DNA of 64,000 nucleotides from Pseudomonadota bacterium (GTDB taxonomy: Bacteria; Desulfobacterota; Binatia; UBA12015): positions 976-64,975 of the forward strand of contig SXLG01000013.1 in assembly GCA_005777805.1 (NCBI GenBank), written 5' to 3'. Under the pieces are notes generated by a model. It saw only the letters and a list, made by a program, of their open reading frames with translations, made no database searches and was not told where the DNA came from. The position numbers and the translations under genes were made by a program. Below are positions 45,974-54,288 of the stretch, piece after piece; position 1 is the stretch's first letter; each line of letters starts with the position of its first letter.

Positions 45974-48805
45974 CTATCGGGCCCGTGCCGAAGGGAGATC
46001 CAAAGTAGACTCTGCCGTGCCAGGGATCGGCTCGGGAAGCGCGCGGGCGGTACCGGGCACGGAGCTTTCCTCTGGCCCGCGCGTCGAGACGCTGGGTTCA
46101 CCATCGAGCGTCACGCCGGCCCCCGCGAGCATGACGCTCGGGTGCGCCGCCTCGACCAGCGCCACCAGATAGACGCCCGCGTTGAGTGGCGGGGCAAGCG
46201 CGCGAACCACGACCTGTTCATCTCCGGCTTCGAACTCTGGCGGGTCGAGGAGGGAGACTGTGCCCGCGAGCTCGCCCCTGCGGGTGATCCAGTGCAGCTC
46301 GAGCTGTCCCGGCATTCGGCCTAATTTTTTATTTCCGGCCGGAGTCGGCAGCAGCGGCAACGCGGCGCCCGAGCGTGGTAGAGGCGGGGCGCCGCGCGGC
46401 AAGATCTCGTCGGCGATGAAGGTCGCGTCGAGCAACACCAGCGTGCCGGTGGGGCCGAAGGCCTTCTCGTAGGGAAGGATGTCGACGAAGGCGCGTCCCA
46501 GGGGGCGGTCGCCGTCGCGCGTCAATAGATCGACGTCATGCGGTCCGTCGGCGAACGGTACGCGGGCGTCGAGCCACGTGCGCAGCCGGCCACCGGGCGC
46601 CACCGCGAGCGGCAGCAGGGCGTGGGTCTCCTCGGCGAGGACGATGCGGCCGCCGGGGGTACGCCACACGAGCCGTACCGCCTGGGGCGCGAGAGGCGTG
46701 CGCCGGGCCTCTGCCGCAGTGTCGGGCTCCCCGTGTGGCCCGGCCCCAGCGGAAAGAGACTCGACGTGCGTGTCGGGGGTTTTGTCGACGGTGTCGCGTC
46801 CGTCGGCGGGCTCGATTCCCGCGACGGGCGGTGTGGCGCGAGCGGCCAGCGCCGGGTGCACGAAGACCCGGGGCCGGCCGCTCTCCAGGTCTGTCGTGAA
46901 TTCGATGGGAATACGGCGCGGGTTGCCGGGAAGTAGACGCTTGCGCCCGGTGCTGCCGGGAGTGCGTGGCGCCGCGAGCGTCGCGATGTCGGAGGTGCGT
47001 GCGGGCGCCGGGCCGAGTGTCCAGGTTTCGACTCGTGCGGTCTGACCGAGTGGAGCGAGGCCGCCCGCCTGAACTGCCGCATCTGACCAGCGCGCGCCGA
47101 GGTCTGTGCCCGGGCTCGCCCCGGCGAGATCGCGCCGCAGCGCGACCGAGCGGAAACCGAGCGCACGGAGTGCTTGCGCGGCGGGTGCCGAGGGGAGTTC
47201 GCTCGCCAGCGTCTCGACTTGCTCGATCAGGGGCGAACTGAAGGAGTTGTAGCAACCGGCGAGCGGGTTCCGGGCCCACGCCGAGAGCAGCAGGTGCTCG
47301 GCCACGTCAAGTCGCTGGGCGCGGGGCTCGTGGACCGGAAGCGGCAGATCGACCACCGGACCCTCGGGTAATGCGCGCCACAGGGCGATCTCGTCGTCGG
47401 GCGGGCGAGCGTCCCAGGCGCGCAGGCGCAGCGTGCGGCCCCAGATCGGCCGGCCGAGCGTGCTCGAGAGGGCGAACGCCAGCAGGGCCAGTGCCGTGCC
47501 GATGGCGACCAGGCGGCGCGCTCGTCCGTGAAAAAATTCGAGCAGAACGAGAGTGCCGAATCCGGCCAGCGCGGCCAGCGCGAGATCAAAGCCCTGCCGC
47601 AGGTTCGCCAGGCCGCGCACGGCCGCGAGTCCCGGCACCAAGTGGGCGAGCGCCACCAGCGGCGAGGGCAGAGCCCATGCCGTGCCGGGGATCACGAGCG
47701 TGCGCATGGCACACCACAGGCAGAGCAGGCCGCCGGCGAACCAGGCAAGGCGCGGGTCGTCGCCGCCGCCCCAGGTGTGCGCGGCGTCGCCGTGCGCGCC
47801 GGTGCCAGCGCCGCACGTGCCTGTGTCATCGCCCGGGCGGCCTTCACCGCCGCAGGTGCGCCGGCCGCGAAGACGGTCGGCGAGGGCGACGAAGGCGAGC
47901 GTCAAGACGATGGGTCCGGGGAACCCTTCCGCGCCGGGCTGCAGGGTTGCCGGATCGAGCAGGATCGAGGCTCGTCGGCTCAGAATCGGCCACGTCGCGC
48001 CGGTCTCCAGGTAGGGCCCGTAGAGCCAGCCGGCTGCGGCGGCGACGGGGAGTCCCGCCAGCGCGAGCAGACCGAACGTGGTGGCGAGGCCGCGGCGGCG
48101 TCGGGGCAGGAGGAAGAGTGCGTACACGCCACCGAGCAGCAGGGTGGCCAGCACGGGGTAGAGACTCTCGCCCAGGGTCAACACAGAGACCGTGGCGAGC
48201 CCGAGAGCGTCGCGCAGCCGCGCTCGCACCACGCTGCGGTGCAGGAAGAGCAGGACGAGCGGTGCCCACAGGTCGCCGTGCACGAAGGGGTGGCTCGGGT
48301 CGGCCAGCCGGTCGGGCACGAGGAGGAAGGCCAGGGCCGCGACCAGCGCCGCCCCCAGCGATCCGGTGAAATGGATCGAGAGCGCCAGCATCGCCAGGCC
48401 GGCGATCCACAAGGCCGCCACGAAGGCCGTGTTGAAGGCGAGGATCGGCTCGGCGCCGAGGGCCCACGCGGGCGCGGCGAGCAGGCCGAATCCGAGCATA
48501 TGCTCGCCGAGCGTCCAGGCGCGCGGCATCGGAAAGCACGGGCCGTCCTCGTCGCGCACCGAAAATGGATCTTCCACGAGGAGACGCGCATTGCGCGCCA
48601 CCGTCGCGACGACCATCTGCTGGTCGAAGTGGTCGAGCCGGTCGAGGCCGGGCACGGCGTGCTCGGCCAGTCGCGCTGGCCAGGGCAAGAGCCGCAACGG
48701 ATCGGGCAGCACCTCGCGCACCACGAGCAGGGCCGCGGCCAGCAACACGAGCGCGGCCGCGGCCCAGCGCCACACCTGCGTGCCGCGAGCCGGGCGAGCG
48801 TTCAC
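45974..48805 (-). CDS. Very large (943 aa) polytopic membrane protein, putative GT-C-like glycosyltransferase, with a beta-rich C-terminal extracytoplasmic domain
   Basis: GTG start overlaps the stop of the upstream methyltransferase (GTGA). At least 12 TM helices over the first about 500 aa. C-terminal about 400 aa hydrophilic. Confidence 0.5.
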   Translation of the reverse strand: MNARPARGTQVWRWAAAALVLLAAALLVVREVLPDPLRLLPWPARLAEHAVPGLDRLDHFDQQMVVATVARNARLLVEDPFSVRDEDGPCFPMPRAWTLGEHMLGFGLLAAPAWALGAEPILAFNTAFVAALWIAGLAMLALSIHFTGSLGAALVAALAFLLVPDRLADPSHPFVHGDLWAPLVLLFLHRSVVRARLRDALGLATVSVLTLGESLYPVLATLLLGGVYALFLLPRRRRGLATTFGLLALAGLPVAAAAGWLYGPYLETGATWPILSRRASILLDPATLQPGAEGFPGPIVLTLAFVALADRLRGRRTCGGEGRPGDDTGTCGAGTGAHGDAAHTWGGGDDPRLAWFAGGLLCLWCAMRTLVIPGTAWALPSPLVALAHLVPGLAAVRGLANLRQGFDLALAALAGFGTLVLLEFFHGRARRLVAIGTALALLAFALSSTLGRPIWGRTLRLRAWDARPPDDEIALWRALPEGPVVDLPLPVHEPRAQRLDVAEHLLLSAWARNPLAGCYNSFSSPLIEQVETLASELPSAPAAQALRALGFRSVALRRDLAGASPGTDLGARWSDAAVQAGGLAPLGQTARVETWTLGPAPARTSDIATLAAPRTPGSTGRKRLLPGNPRRIPIEFTTDLESGRPRVFVHPALAARATPPVAGIEPADGRDTVDKTPDTHVESLSAGAGPHGEPDTAAEARRTPLAPQAVRLVWRTPGGRIVLAEETHALLPLAVAPGGRLRTWLDARVPFADGPHDVDLLTRDGDRPLGRAFVDILPYEKAFGPTGTLVLLDATFIADEILPRGAPPLPRSGAALPLLPTPAGNKKLGRMPGQLELHWITRRGELAGTVSLLDPPEFEAGDEQVVVRALAPPLNAGVYLVALVEAAHPSVMLAGAGVTLDGEPSVSTRGPEESSVPGTARALPEPIPGTAESTLDLPSARAR

Positions 48806-49452
48806 TCTTTCTCCGCGGCGGCGAGCTGCGAGATGCCGACCAGCGGCATGCGGTAGGGCAACCGATCCATCAGCCGCGCGAGGGCAAGCGGGGTCACGTT
48901 GGGGAAGAACAGGCCGCAGCGTTCATGACGGTCGAGTCGCCCGCACGCGGCCTGCATCAGGCGGCGCAGGTGACCCGGGCTGAAGCGCAACGTGCCGCGT
49001 TCCTCGGCCCGGGTCAGTGCCAGTATGAGATGACCGGGGTGGATGCGGTTGGGCTCGAACACGACGATGCGTCGCCGTGCCACGCGCCACATTTCGGCCA
49101 GTGCGGCACGCGGTTCGTCGAGGTGGTGCAGCAGCTCCCAGCAGGTCACGAGGTCGAAGGCCCCGCGCTCGAAGGGCAAGGCCGTTGCCTCGGCACGGAT
49201 ACGGCCCTTGACTGGATTCGCGGCGAGCATTCCGCCGGCATAGTCGCAGGCGACGACCTTGATGCCCGCCGGATAGAAGGCGCTGGAGAAGCCGCTGCCC
49301 GCACCGACGTCGAGTACGCGCCGCACGTCGCGCAGCAGGCCGTGCGCCGCCAGGTGTCGGATGCGCTGCCGGGCAAAAATCTCGACGACCGGATGCGCGG
49401 CCGGGCGGTAACGTCCGCCGGCTTCCCAGAATGGGCTCTGGGCGTCGCTCAT
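48802..49452 (-). CDS. Class I SAM-dependent methyltransferase
   Basis: Start MSDAQSPFWEAGGRY overlaps the DUF2304 stop (ATGA). VLDVGAGSGFSSAFYPAG (motif I); LVTCWELLHHLDEPRAALAEMWRVARRRIVVFEPN (motifs II-III). Confidence 0.7.
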   Translation of the reverse strand: MSDAQSPFWEAGGRYRPAAHPVVEIFARQRIRHLAAHGLLRDVRRVLDVGAGSGFSSAFYPAGIKVVACDYAGGMLAANPVKGRIRAEATALPFERGAFDLVTCWELLHHLDEPRAALAEMWRVARRRIVVFEPNRIHPGHLILALTRAEERGTLRFSPGHLRRLMQAACGRLDRHERCGLFFPNVTPLALARLMDRLPYRMPLVGISQLAAAEKE

Positions 49453-49874
49453 TCGTTCGCGTCGTCGCCGGGTTCTCTGCGGCCAGCGAGCTCGGCACGC
49501 AGGAGAGCGACTTCCTGCGCCAGCAGCTTCACCTGGAGACTCATGCCGGAGAGGCGGACGGCGTAGTTCAACGAGACCACGAGCAGGAAGAGCAGTCCGA
49601 AGAAGAAGAGGGTCGAACTCGGCGTCCACGCCCCGACCAGGTGGGTCAGAAACCGCACCGAGTCAAACCACGCGATCCCGACCATCATGGCGACGGCGAC
49701 GCCGGTCCAGATCGGGGTGTACTCCTCGCGCAGGCGTCCGCGTTGCACGAGCCACAGGACGGCGGCGAGGAAAGTCGCGCACACCACCAGGCCGACGATG
49801 CGGGTCGCCGCACCCTCGGGCTGGCTCAACGCGAGCGCGCGCAGGTTCTCCGGGCTGAGCAGAGTGGGCTTCAT
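49449..49874 (-). CDS. DUF2304-like small membrane protein (commonly partnered with GtrB-type GT2 enzymes)
   Basis: About 140 aa, 3-4 TM helices (IVGLVVCATFLAAVLWLV; IWTGVAVAMMVGIAWF; LFFFGLLFLLVVSLNYAV). C-terminal amphipathic helix. Sits 22 bp downstream of the GT2. Confidence 0.55.
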   Translation of the reverse strand: MKPTLLSPENLRALALSQPEGAATRIVGLVVCATFLAAVLWLVQRGRLREEYTPIWTGVAVAMMVGIAWFDSVRFLTHLVGAWTPSSTLFFFGLLFLLVVSLNYAVRLSGMSLQVKLLAQEVALLRAELAGRREPGDDANE

Positions 49875-49896
49875 GAACGGAGTCTCCCTTGCCCGG

Positions 49897-50631
49897 TCAC
49901 GAGCGCAGCGCGCTGGCGGTGAGCCGCCAGGCCCGCACCGTCGCGAGCAATATCTTGTAGGGATAGTACAGCGCCTTCAGGCCGGCGTGCATCGTCTTGC
50001 GGCCGGCCGGACTCGGGGCCATCGTGACCGGCACCTCGACCAGTCGGAAGCCGCGGCGATGCAGCACCAGCAGGACGTCGATGTCGGGAAAATCGCTCGG
50101 ATAAAAGTCGCGACAGCAGAACTCGATCACCGGGCGCCGTAGTGCCTGCAAGCCCGAAGTCGGGTCGGCGATCCGTGGTCCGCCGAAGGCACGCAGCAGG
50201 CGTTGCAGGAAGAGTCTCCCGGCATTGCGGGCGGCATCCATGCGGTAGCCGGAGTCGGTGAGGAAGCGCGAGCCGATCACGAGATCGGCCGTGCCCTGGT
50301 GCAGGGGTTCGAGCAGCCGAGGCAGGAACGCCGGGTCGTGCTGGCCGTCGGCGTCGAGCTGCACGACGTAGGAGTAGTCGTGCGCCAGAGCCCATTTGTA
50401 CCCGGTCTGGAGGGCTGCGCCGTAGCCAAGGTTAAAGGGGTGCGAGGCGACCTGGGCGCCGGCCTGCCGTGCCAGTGTCGCGGTCTCGTCGTGCGAGCCG
50501 TCGTCGATCACCAAGATGTCGAGTGCGCCGTCGGCGCCGCGCACCGCTTCGACGACGCGGGTGATCGAGCGGGCCTCGTTCAAGGCCGGGATGATCACCA
50601 AGGTGCGGCGGGACTGTGCGGACGCGAGCAT
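49897..50631 (-). CDS. GT2 polyprenyl-phosphate sugar synthase (GtrB/ArnC/DPM1-like)
   Basis: TLVIIPALNEARSI..ILVIDDGSHDET..VVQLDADGQHDP. About 244 aa soluble GtrB-type. Confidence 0.8.
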   Translation of the reverse strand: MLASAQSRRTLVIIPALNEARSITRVVEAVRGADGALDILVIDDGSHDETATLARQAGAQVASHPFNLGYGAALQTGYKWALAHDYSYVVQLDADGQHDPAFLPRLLEPLHQGTADLVIGSRFLTDSGYRMDAARNAGRLFLQRLLRAFGGPRIADPTSGLQALRRPVIEFCCRDFYPSDFPDIDVLLVLHRRGFRLVEVPVTMAPSPAGRKTMHAGLKALYYPYKILLATVRAWRLTASALRS

Positions 50632-50811
50632 GAAGGTGGAAGGGGCGAGGCCAACCTCCGTACCACGATCGGGGCGCGGGCCGAACCCGAAAGATCGCCA
50701 CGCCAGAGCCCCGGGTGCGACCCCACGCCGAGCCAGATCGAGCCATCGGGGTGGGTCGCGCCGGACCTCTCGGGTTGTTCGCGGCCCCCACCCCTGGCCA
50801 CACCGGACGAA

Positions 50812-51615
50812 TCAGCCTGGGCCGGGGCGCGCTGTCGGCCTCGGCCACGATCCGTCCGGTGCGGACGGCCGATCGGTCGGGGTTCCGTCGGGCAAGCGCG
50901 GCCGCTCGCCGATCCGTCGGGCTGGCGCCCCGCCCACGATGGACCAAGGCTCGGTATCGTGGGTGACGACCGCGCCGGCGCTCACCACGCAGCCATCGGC
51001 GATCCGCACCCCGGGCAGCACGACCGCGTTGGCGCCGATCCAGACGTCGCTGCCGATGGTCACCGGTGCTTCGGCGTGACCCAGGAACATCATCGGCACG
51101 CGCGGGTCGTCGAAGCGGTGCTGCGAGGTCACGATCACCGCCCCCGGGCCGATCATCACCCAGTCGCCGATGCGGAGGCCGCCGCGGCCGTAGACGAAAG
51201 CGCCGGCGTTGATCATCAGGTTGCGGCCGGCGGCGATGCCGTAGGCATGGGACAGGCGGGCGCCGGGGTAGAGGTAACAGAACCCGTCAAGCTGACGGAA
51301 AATGAGCTTGTAGAGCGCGTAGCGCAGCGCGAAGCCCTCGACGCCGGGCCACGAGCGCAGCAACGTGCCGAGGTACTCCTCGAGCAGCACCTTGACGATG
51401 CGACCGGGCGAGACCGAGCGGCGATAGTTCCGCAACAGTTGCCCGAAGCTCGCGCGCGGTGCTGGGGCGGGGGCGTCGGCCGGCACGGCGCGATGCTGGC
51501 ACGCCCGCGCCGGCGCGCGCAACGTGGCGGGGGAGTCGGTCGGGGAGTCGTTCGGGTGGGCTCCGCGGACCGAGCAGGCTGCGACGCTGGCCCTCTCTGG
51601 CAACGCGACGGGCAC
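50812..51615 (-). CDS. Hexapeptide-repeat (left-handed beta-helix) sugar O-acetyltransferase (WcaB/CysE/LacA-like)
   Basis: C-terminal hexapeptide repeats GANAVVLPGVRIADGCVVSAGAVVTHD. N-terminal helical region LRYALYKLIF.. as in the WcaB family. The true start may be downstream of 51615 (first about 55 codons are low-complexity). Confidence 0.6.
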   Translation of the reverse strand: MPVALPERASVAACSVRGAHPNDSPTDSPATLRAPARACQHRAVPADAPAPAPRASFGQLLRNYRRSVSPGRIVKVLLEEYLGTLLRSWPGVEGFALRYALYKLIFRQLDGFCYLYPGARLSHAYGIAAGRNLMINAGAFVYGRGGLRIGDWVMIGPGAVIVTSQHRFDDPRVPMMFLGHAEAPVTIGSDVWIGANAVVLPGVRIADGCVVSAGAVVTHDTEPWSIVGGAPARRIGERPRLPDGTPTDRPSAPDGSWPRPTARPGPG

Positions 51616-51743
51616 AGTGGTCGCCTGCGCCCGCGGTCGCCGCCGCGCGGCCCAGGGCGGTCTGGATCAACATGCCCGCAACGACCAACAGGCTGCCGCA
51701 GGATCATGCCGACGCGATCGCGCTGGTCCTGAGCGACCAAGCA

Positions 51744-51758
51744 GTGCACGAAATGCAC
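51744..51758. promoter_or_regulatory. Palindrome GTGCA-N5-TGCAC in the AT-richest patch of the 280 bp divergent region between the acetyltransferase operon and the hydrolase gene
   Basis: Direct reading (..AGCAGTGCACGAAATGCACCGA..). Confidence 0.25.
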
Positions 51759-51894
51759 CGACCCGCTCGCACAGCTTCGTTGAAAGGCTCCGGCTCCCGG
51801 GTGACCTCTGTCCTTACTCGTGCGGTTCTCTCGCCGGTGGGGTCGTCCGCACCGGTTTGCGTCACCGCAGCGGCCTCCGATAGCTAGCGCCGCT

Positions 51895-53994
51895 GTGCGG
51901 TGCGGATGTCGCCGGCGTCAGTCCGTGCGGGCGGTGCTGGGCGCCGTGGGGGCTCTCGTATTGTTCGGGCCGGTCGATGCACGATCTGCGGGCGTATCCG
52001 GGGCGTCCGTCGATCCGCCGCCTGGAACTTCTCCCGAGGCCGCGTTTGCCGCGGCGACCGAGGCGGCCGACAGGGCGCTCACGCTGGGCGCCCAGATCGG
52101 CTTGCCGGAGCCGGTGCGCGGTGCACTCACGAGCTGTCGCCTGCGCGGTGAAGCAGAAAATAATCGTGCGGCGCTCGAAACCTGCTCGGTCGCGCTCGCG
52201 CGGCTCTATGCGGAGACGGCGCGGGAGCGCACCGATCCGTTGCGGCGGGCGCTCGCCGGCCGCCTCGGCTCGCTCGCGGCCGACGCGGCGGCCCGCATCG
52301 GGCGGATCGCGCGGCGACGGGACGGGACGAGTCCGGTCGCCACCGCAGGCCGCATCGACGCACGCTTCGATCTGCTCCCGGACCGACGCACGCTGCGCGT
52401 GCAGCCGCTGGTGCCGCTCGTCGCCGGACGGCGTTACGGTCTTGTCGTCGAGCGAGGCGGACATCCGGCTGCGGTGAGCGAGGTCTTGCCGCGCGGCGAG
52501 ACCTCGCCCGAGGTGACGCGCGGAGCCTTCGCCGAGTTGCTGGCCGGGGCGCTCGTGGGCAACGAACTCGGCTTCGAGCCCGGCGCGGTGGCCGCACTCG
52601 CGGCCCGGCTCGAAGCCGAAGCCGATGGTGGACCCGGCTTCGACGTTTTTGCGGGGTTCGTCGTGCGCCTTGCCGAGCCTCTCGCCGCGAGCGAGATCGG
52701 CACGCTGGACGCGCGCTTCGTGCCGGCACGGGCGCTGCGCGCGGGCGAGGCCGCGCATGTCTTTCGCACCGTCGACTGGCCACGCCGTCTCGCGCCGGCG
52801 GCGAGGGCGGCGCGGCTGCTCGCGTGTGCCGAGGCGCCGTCGCGAGAGATCGGCGTCGACGGATTCTTTTGGCGACGAGAGCCGGGCGTGGCGAGGCTGG
52901 TCGAGGGCAGCTGGCTTGCGCCGGCGCCACCGGTCGATCCGGCGTTCGGGCCGGGGGGTGCGACGACCGTGACGGTCGATCGTCAGGACCTTCTCGACGT
53001 GCCATCCGATCCGGCGTTCGAGCCGGAGGGCAGAGCCGCGTCTGCGACGGCTCGCGCGCCGAGCCCCACGCCCGGTCTGGTCGAATTGCGCTGGCTCGTG
53101 GCCTTGCCCGAGAGTGCGGGCCCGGCGACGCCGGTCGTGCTGACGGTCGATGGTCATGCCGGACGCGCCGAGCGGATGCTGCGCCGCTTCGCTTCCGCCC
53201 TGACCACGCGCGGGATCGCGCTGGTCGCGATCGATCTGCCCGAGCACGGTGCGCGCGGCAGCGGCGGGGCCGGCTTCTTCGAGCCGCTCGATCCGGCGCG
53301 GCTCGGTGCCCATCTGCTCGAGTCGGTGGTCGATGTAGTGGCGGCGGTTCATGCCCTGCGCACCTGCGGAGTGCCGCTTGCGGCGGGAGAGCGCCTCCGT
53401 CCCGAGCGCGTGGGCTATCTCGGCTACTCGCTGGGGGCGATGGTTGGGGTGATGGCGCGGTCTGTCGAACCAGCGCTTGGCGCGATGGTGGCGCTGGCCC
53501 CCGGTGGCGACGTCACCGGTTGGCTCATGCTGCACATTTCCTCGCGTCTCGGAGCGTCCTTCATGACGTGTCTCGACGGCCCCGACCACGGCCACAGTTG
53601 CCAGATGGATGGGCGCTGTACCGCGCCCGGCCTCTGCGCGGTCGATCCCTTCCAGTGGGAATTCGCCTCCCGCGTGGCGCTGCCCTACGCGCTCGCCGGC
53701 GGTGGCGTCGATCCGCTGGCCTTCACAAGCCGGCGTACCGGCGCCACGAGCCACGGCCCGCTCCTCCTGATTGGCGGCGGGCGAGATTATGTAATTTACC
53801 CAGGCCTGATGGGCCATCTCACCGACGGCCTCGGGCTGCATCCGGTGGCCGAGGGTGTACGGCGCGGGCCCCGCGCACAGCAAGTGCAATGGCCTGATCT
53901 CGGCCACGACCTGATCGAGCAGCCCGCAGTCCGCGAGCAAGCCGCAGCGTTTCTCGCGGAGCGAATGCGCGCGCCCGTGCCGCGGGGCCGGTGA
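51895..53994 (+). CDS. Secreted alpha/beta-hydrolase fold protein (GYSLG nucleophile elbow) with a large N-terminal domain of unknown function
   Basis: Proposed GTG start gives the signal peptide RCGCRRRQSVRAVLGAVGALVLFGPVDARSAG. C-terminal third has ..VVLTVDGHAGRAE.., LGYSLGAMVG (GxSxG), GGGRDYV. Confidence 0.5.
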   Translation: MRCGCRRRQSVRAVLGAVGALVLFGPVDARSAGVSGASVDPPPGTSPEAAFAAATEAADRALTLGAQIGLPEPVRGALTSCRLRGEAENNRAALETCSVALARLYAETARERTDPLRRALAGRLGSLAADAAARIGRIARRRDGTSPVATAGRIDARFDLLPDRRTLRVQPLVPLVAGRRYGLVVERGGHPAAVSEVLPRGETSPEVTRGAFAELLAGALVGNELGFEPGAVAALAARLEAEADGGPGFDVFAGFVVRLAEPLAASEIGTLDARFVPARALRAGEAAHVFRTVDWPRRLAPAARAARLLACAEAPSREIGVDGFFWRREPGVARLVEGSWLAPAPPVDPAFGPGGATTVTVDRQDLLDVPSDPAFEPEGRAASATARAPSPTPGLVELRWLVALPESAGPATPVVLTVDGHAGRAERMLRRFASALTTRGIALVAIDLPEHGARGSGGAGFFEPLDPARLGAHLLESVVDVVAAVHALRTCGVPLAAGERLRPERVGYLGYSLGAMVGVMARSVEPALGAMVALAPGGDVTGWLMLHISSRLGASFMTCLDGPDHGHSCQMDGRCTAPGLCAVDPFQWEFASRVALPYALAGGGVDPLAFTSRRTGATSHGPLLLIGGGRDYVIYPGLMGHLTDGLGLHPVAEGVRRGPRAQQVQWPDLGHDLIEQPAVREQAAAFLAERMRAPVPRGR

Positions 53995-54288
53995 GGCACT
54001 GCTCGCGAGTCCCACGGACAGGATGCGCTGTCGGCGCTGGACGGCTGGCGAGGCCTCCACTCGCATCCGCAGGCGAGTTCTCCGGGCACGATTGGCGCGT
54101 CGGCGCGGGGCAGCGGGCGGGAGGCCGACGCGCGGATGCGGGCGAGTTCCGCAGATACGATCGATGCGCACCTCCGCGCGAGTCCCCTCGGGCGGGCCGT
54201 GCGCTGTGGCGCGGGTGAGCAGGAGTGCGGGCAGAGGTGTGGGCGAGTTGGACACTCGCGGCAGGGAAGGGTAGCTCCGCCGAGCCCG

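Noticed and set aside
48785-48845. Apparent 1-2 nt disagreement between my reading of the printed sequence and the ORF-track translations of the two overlapping minus-strand genes (MTase end / GT-C start) around here.
   Set aside because: Most likely my transcription limit on a G/C-rich stretch. The track coordinates were trusted and CDS boundaries computed arithmetically from them. This does not indicate a frameshift or pseudogene.
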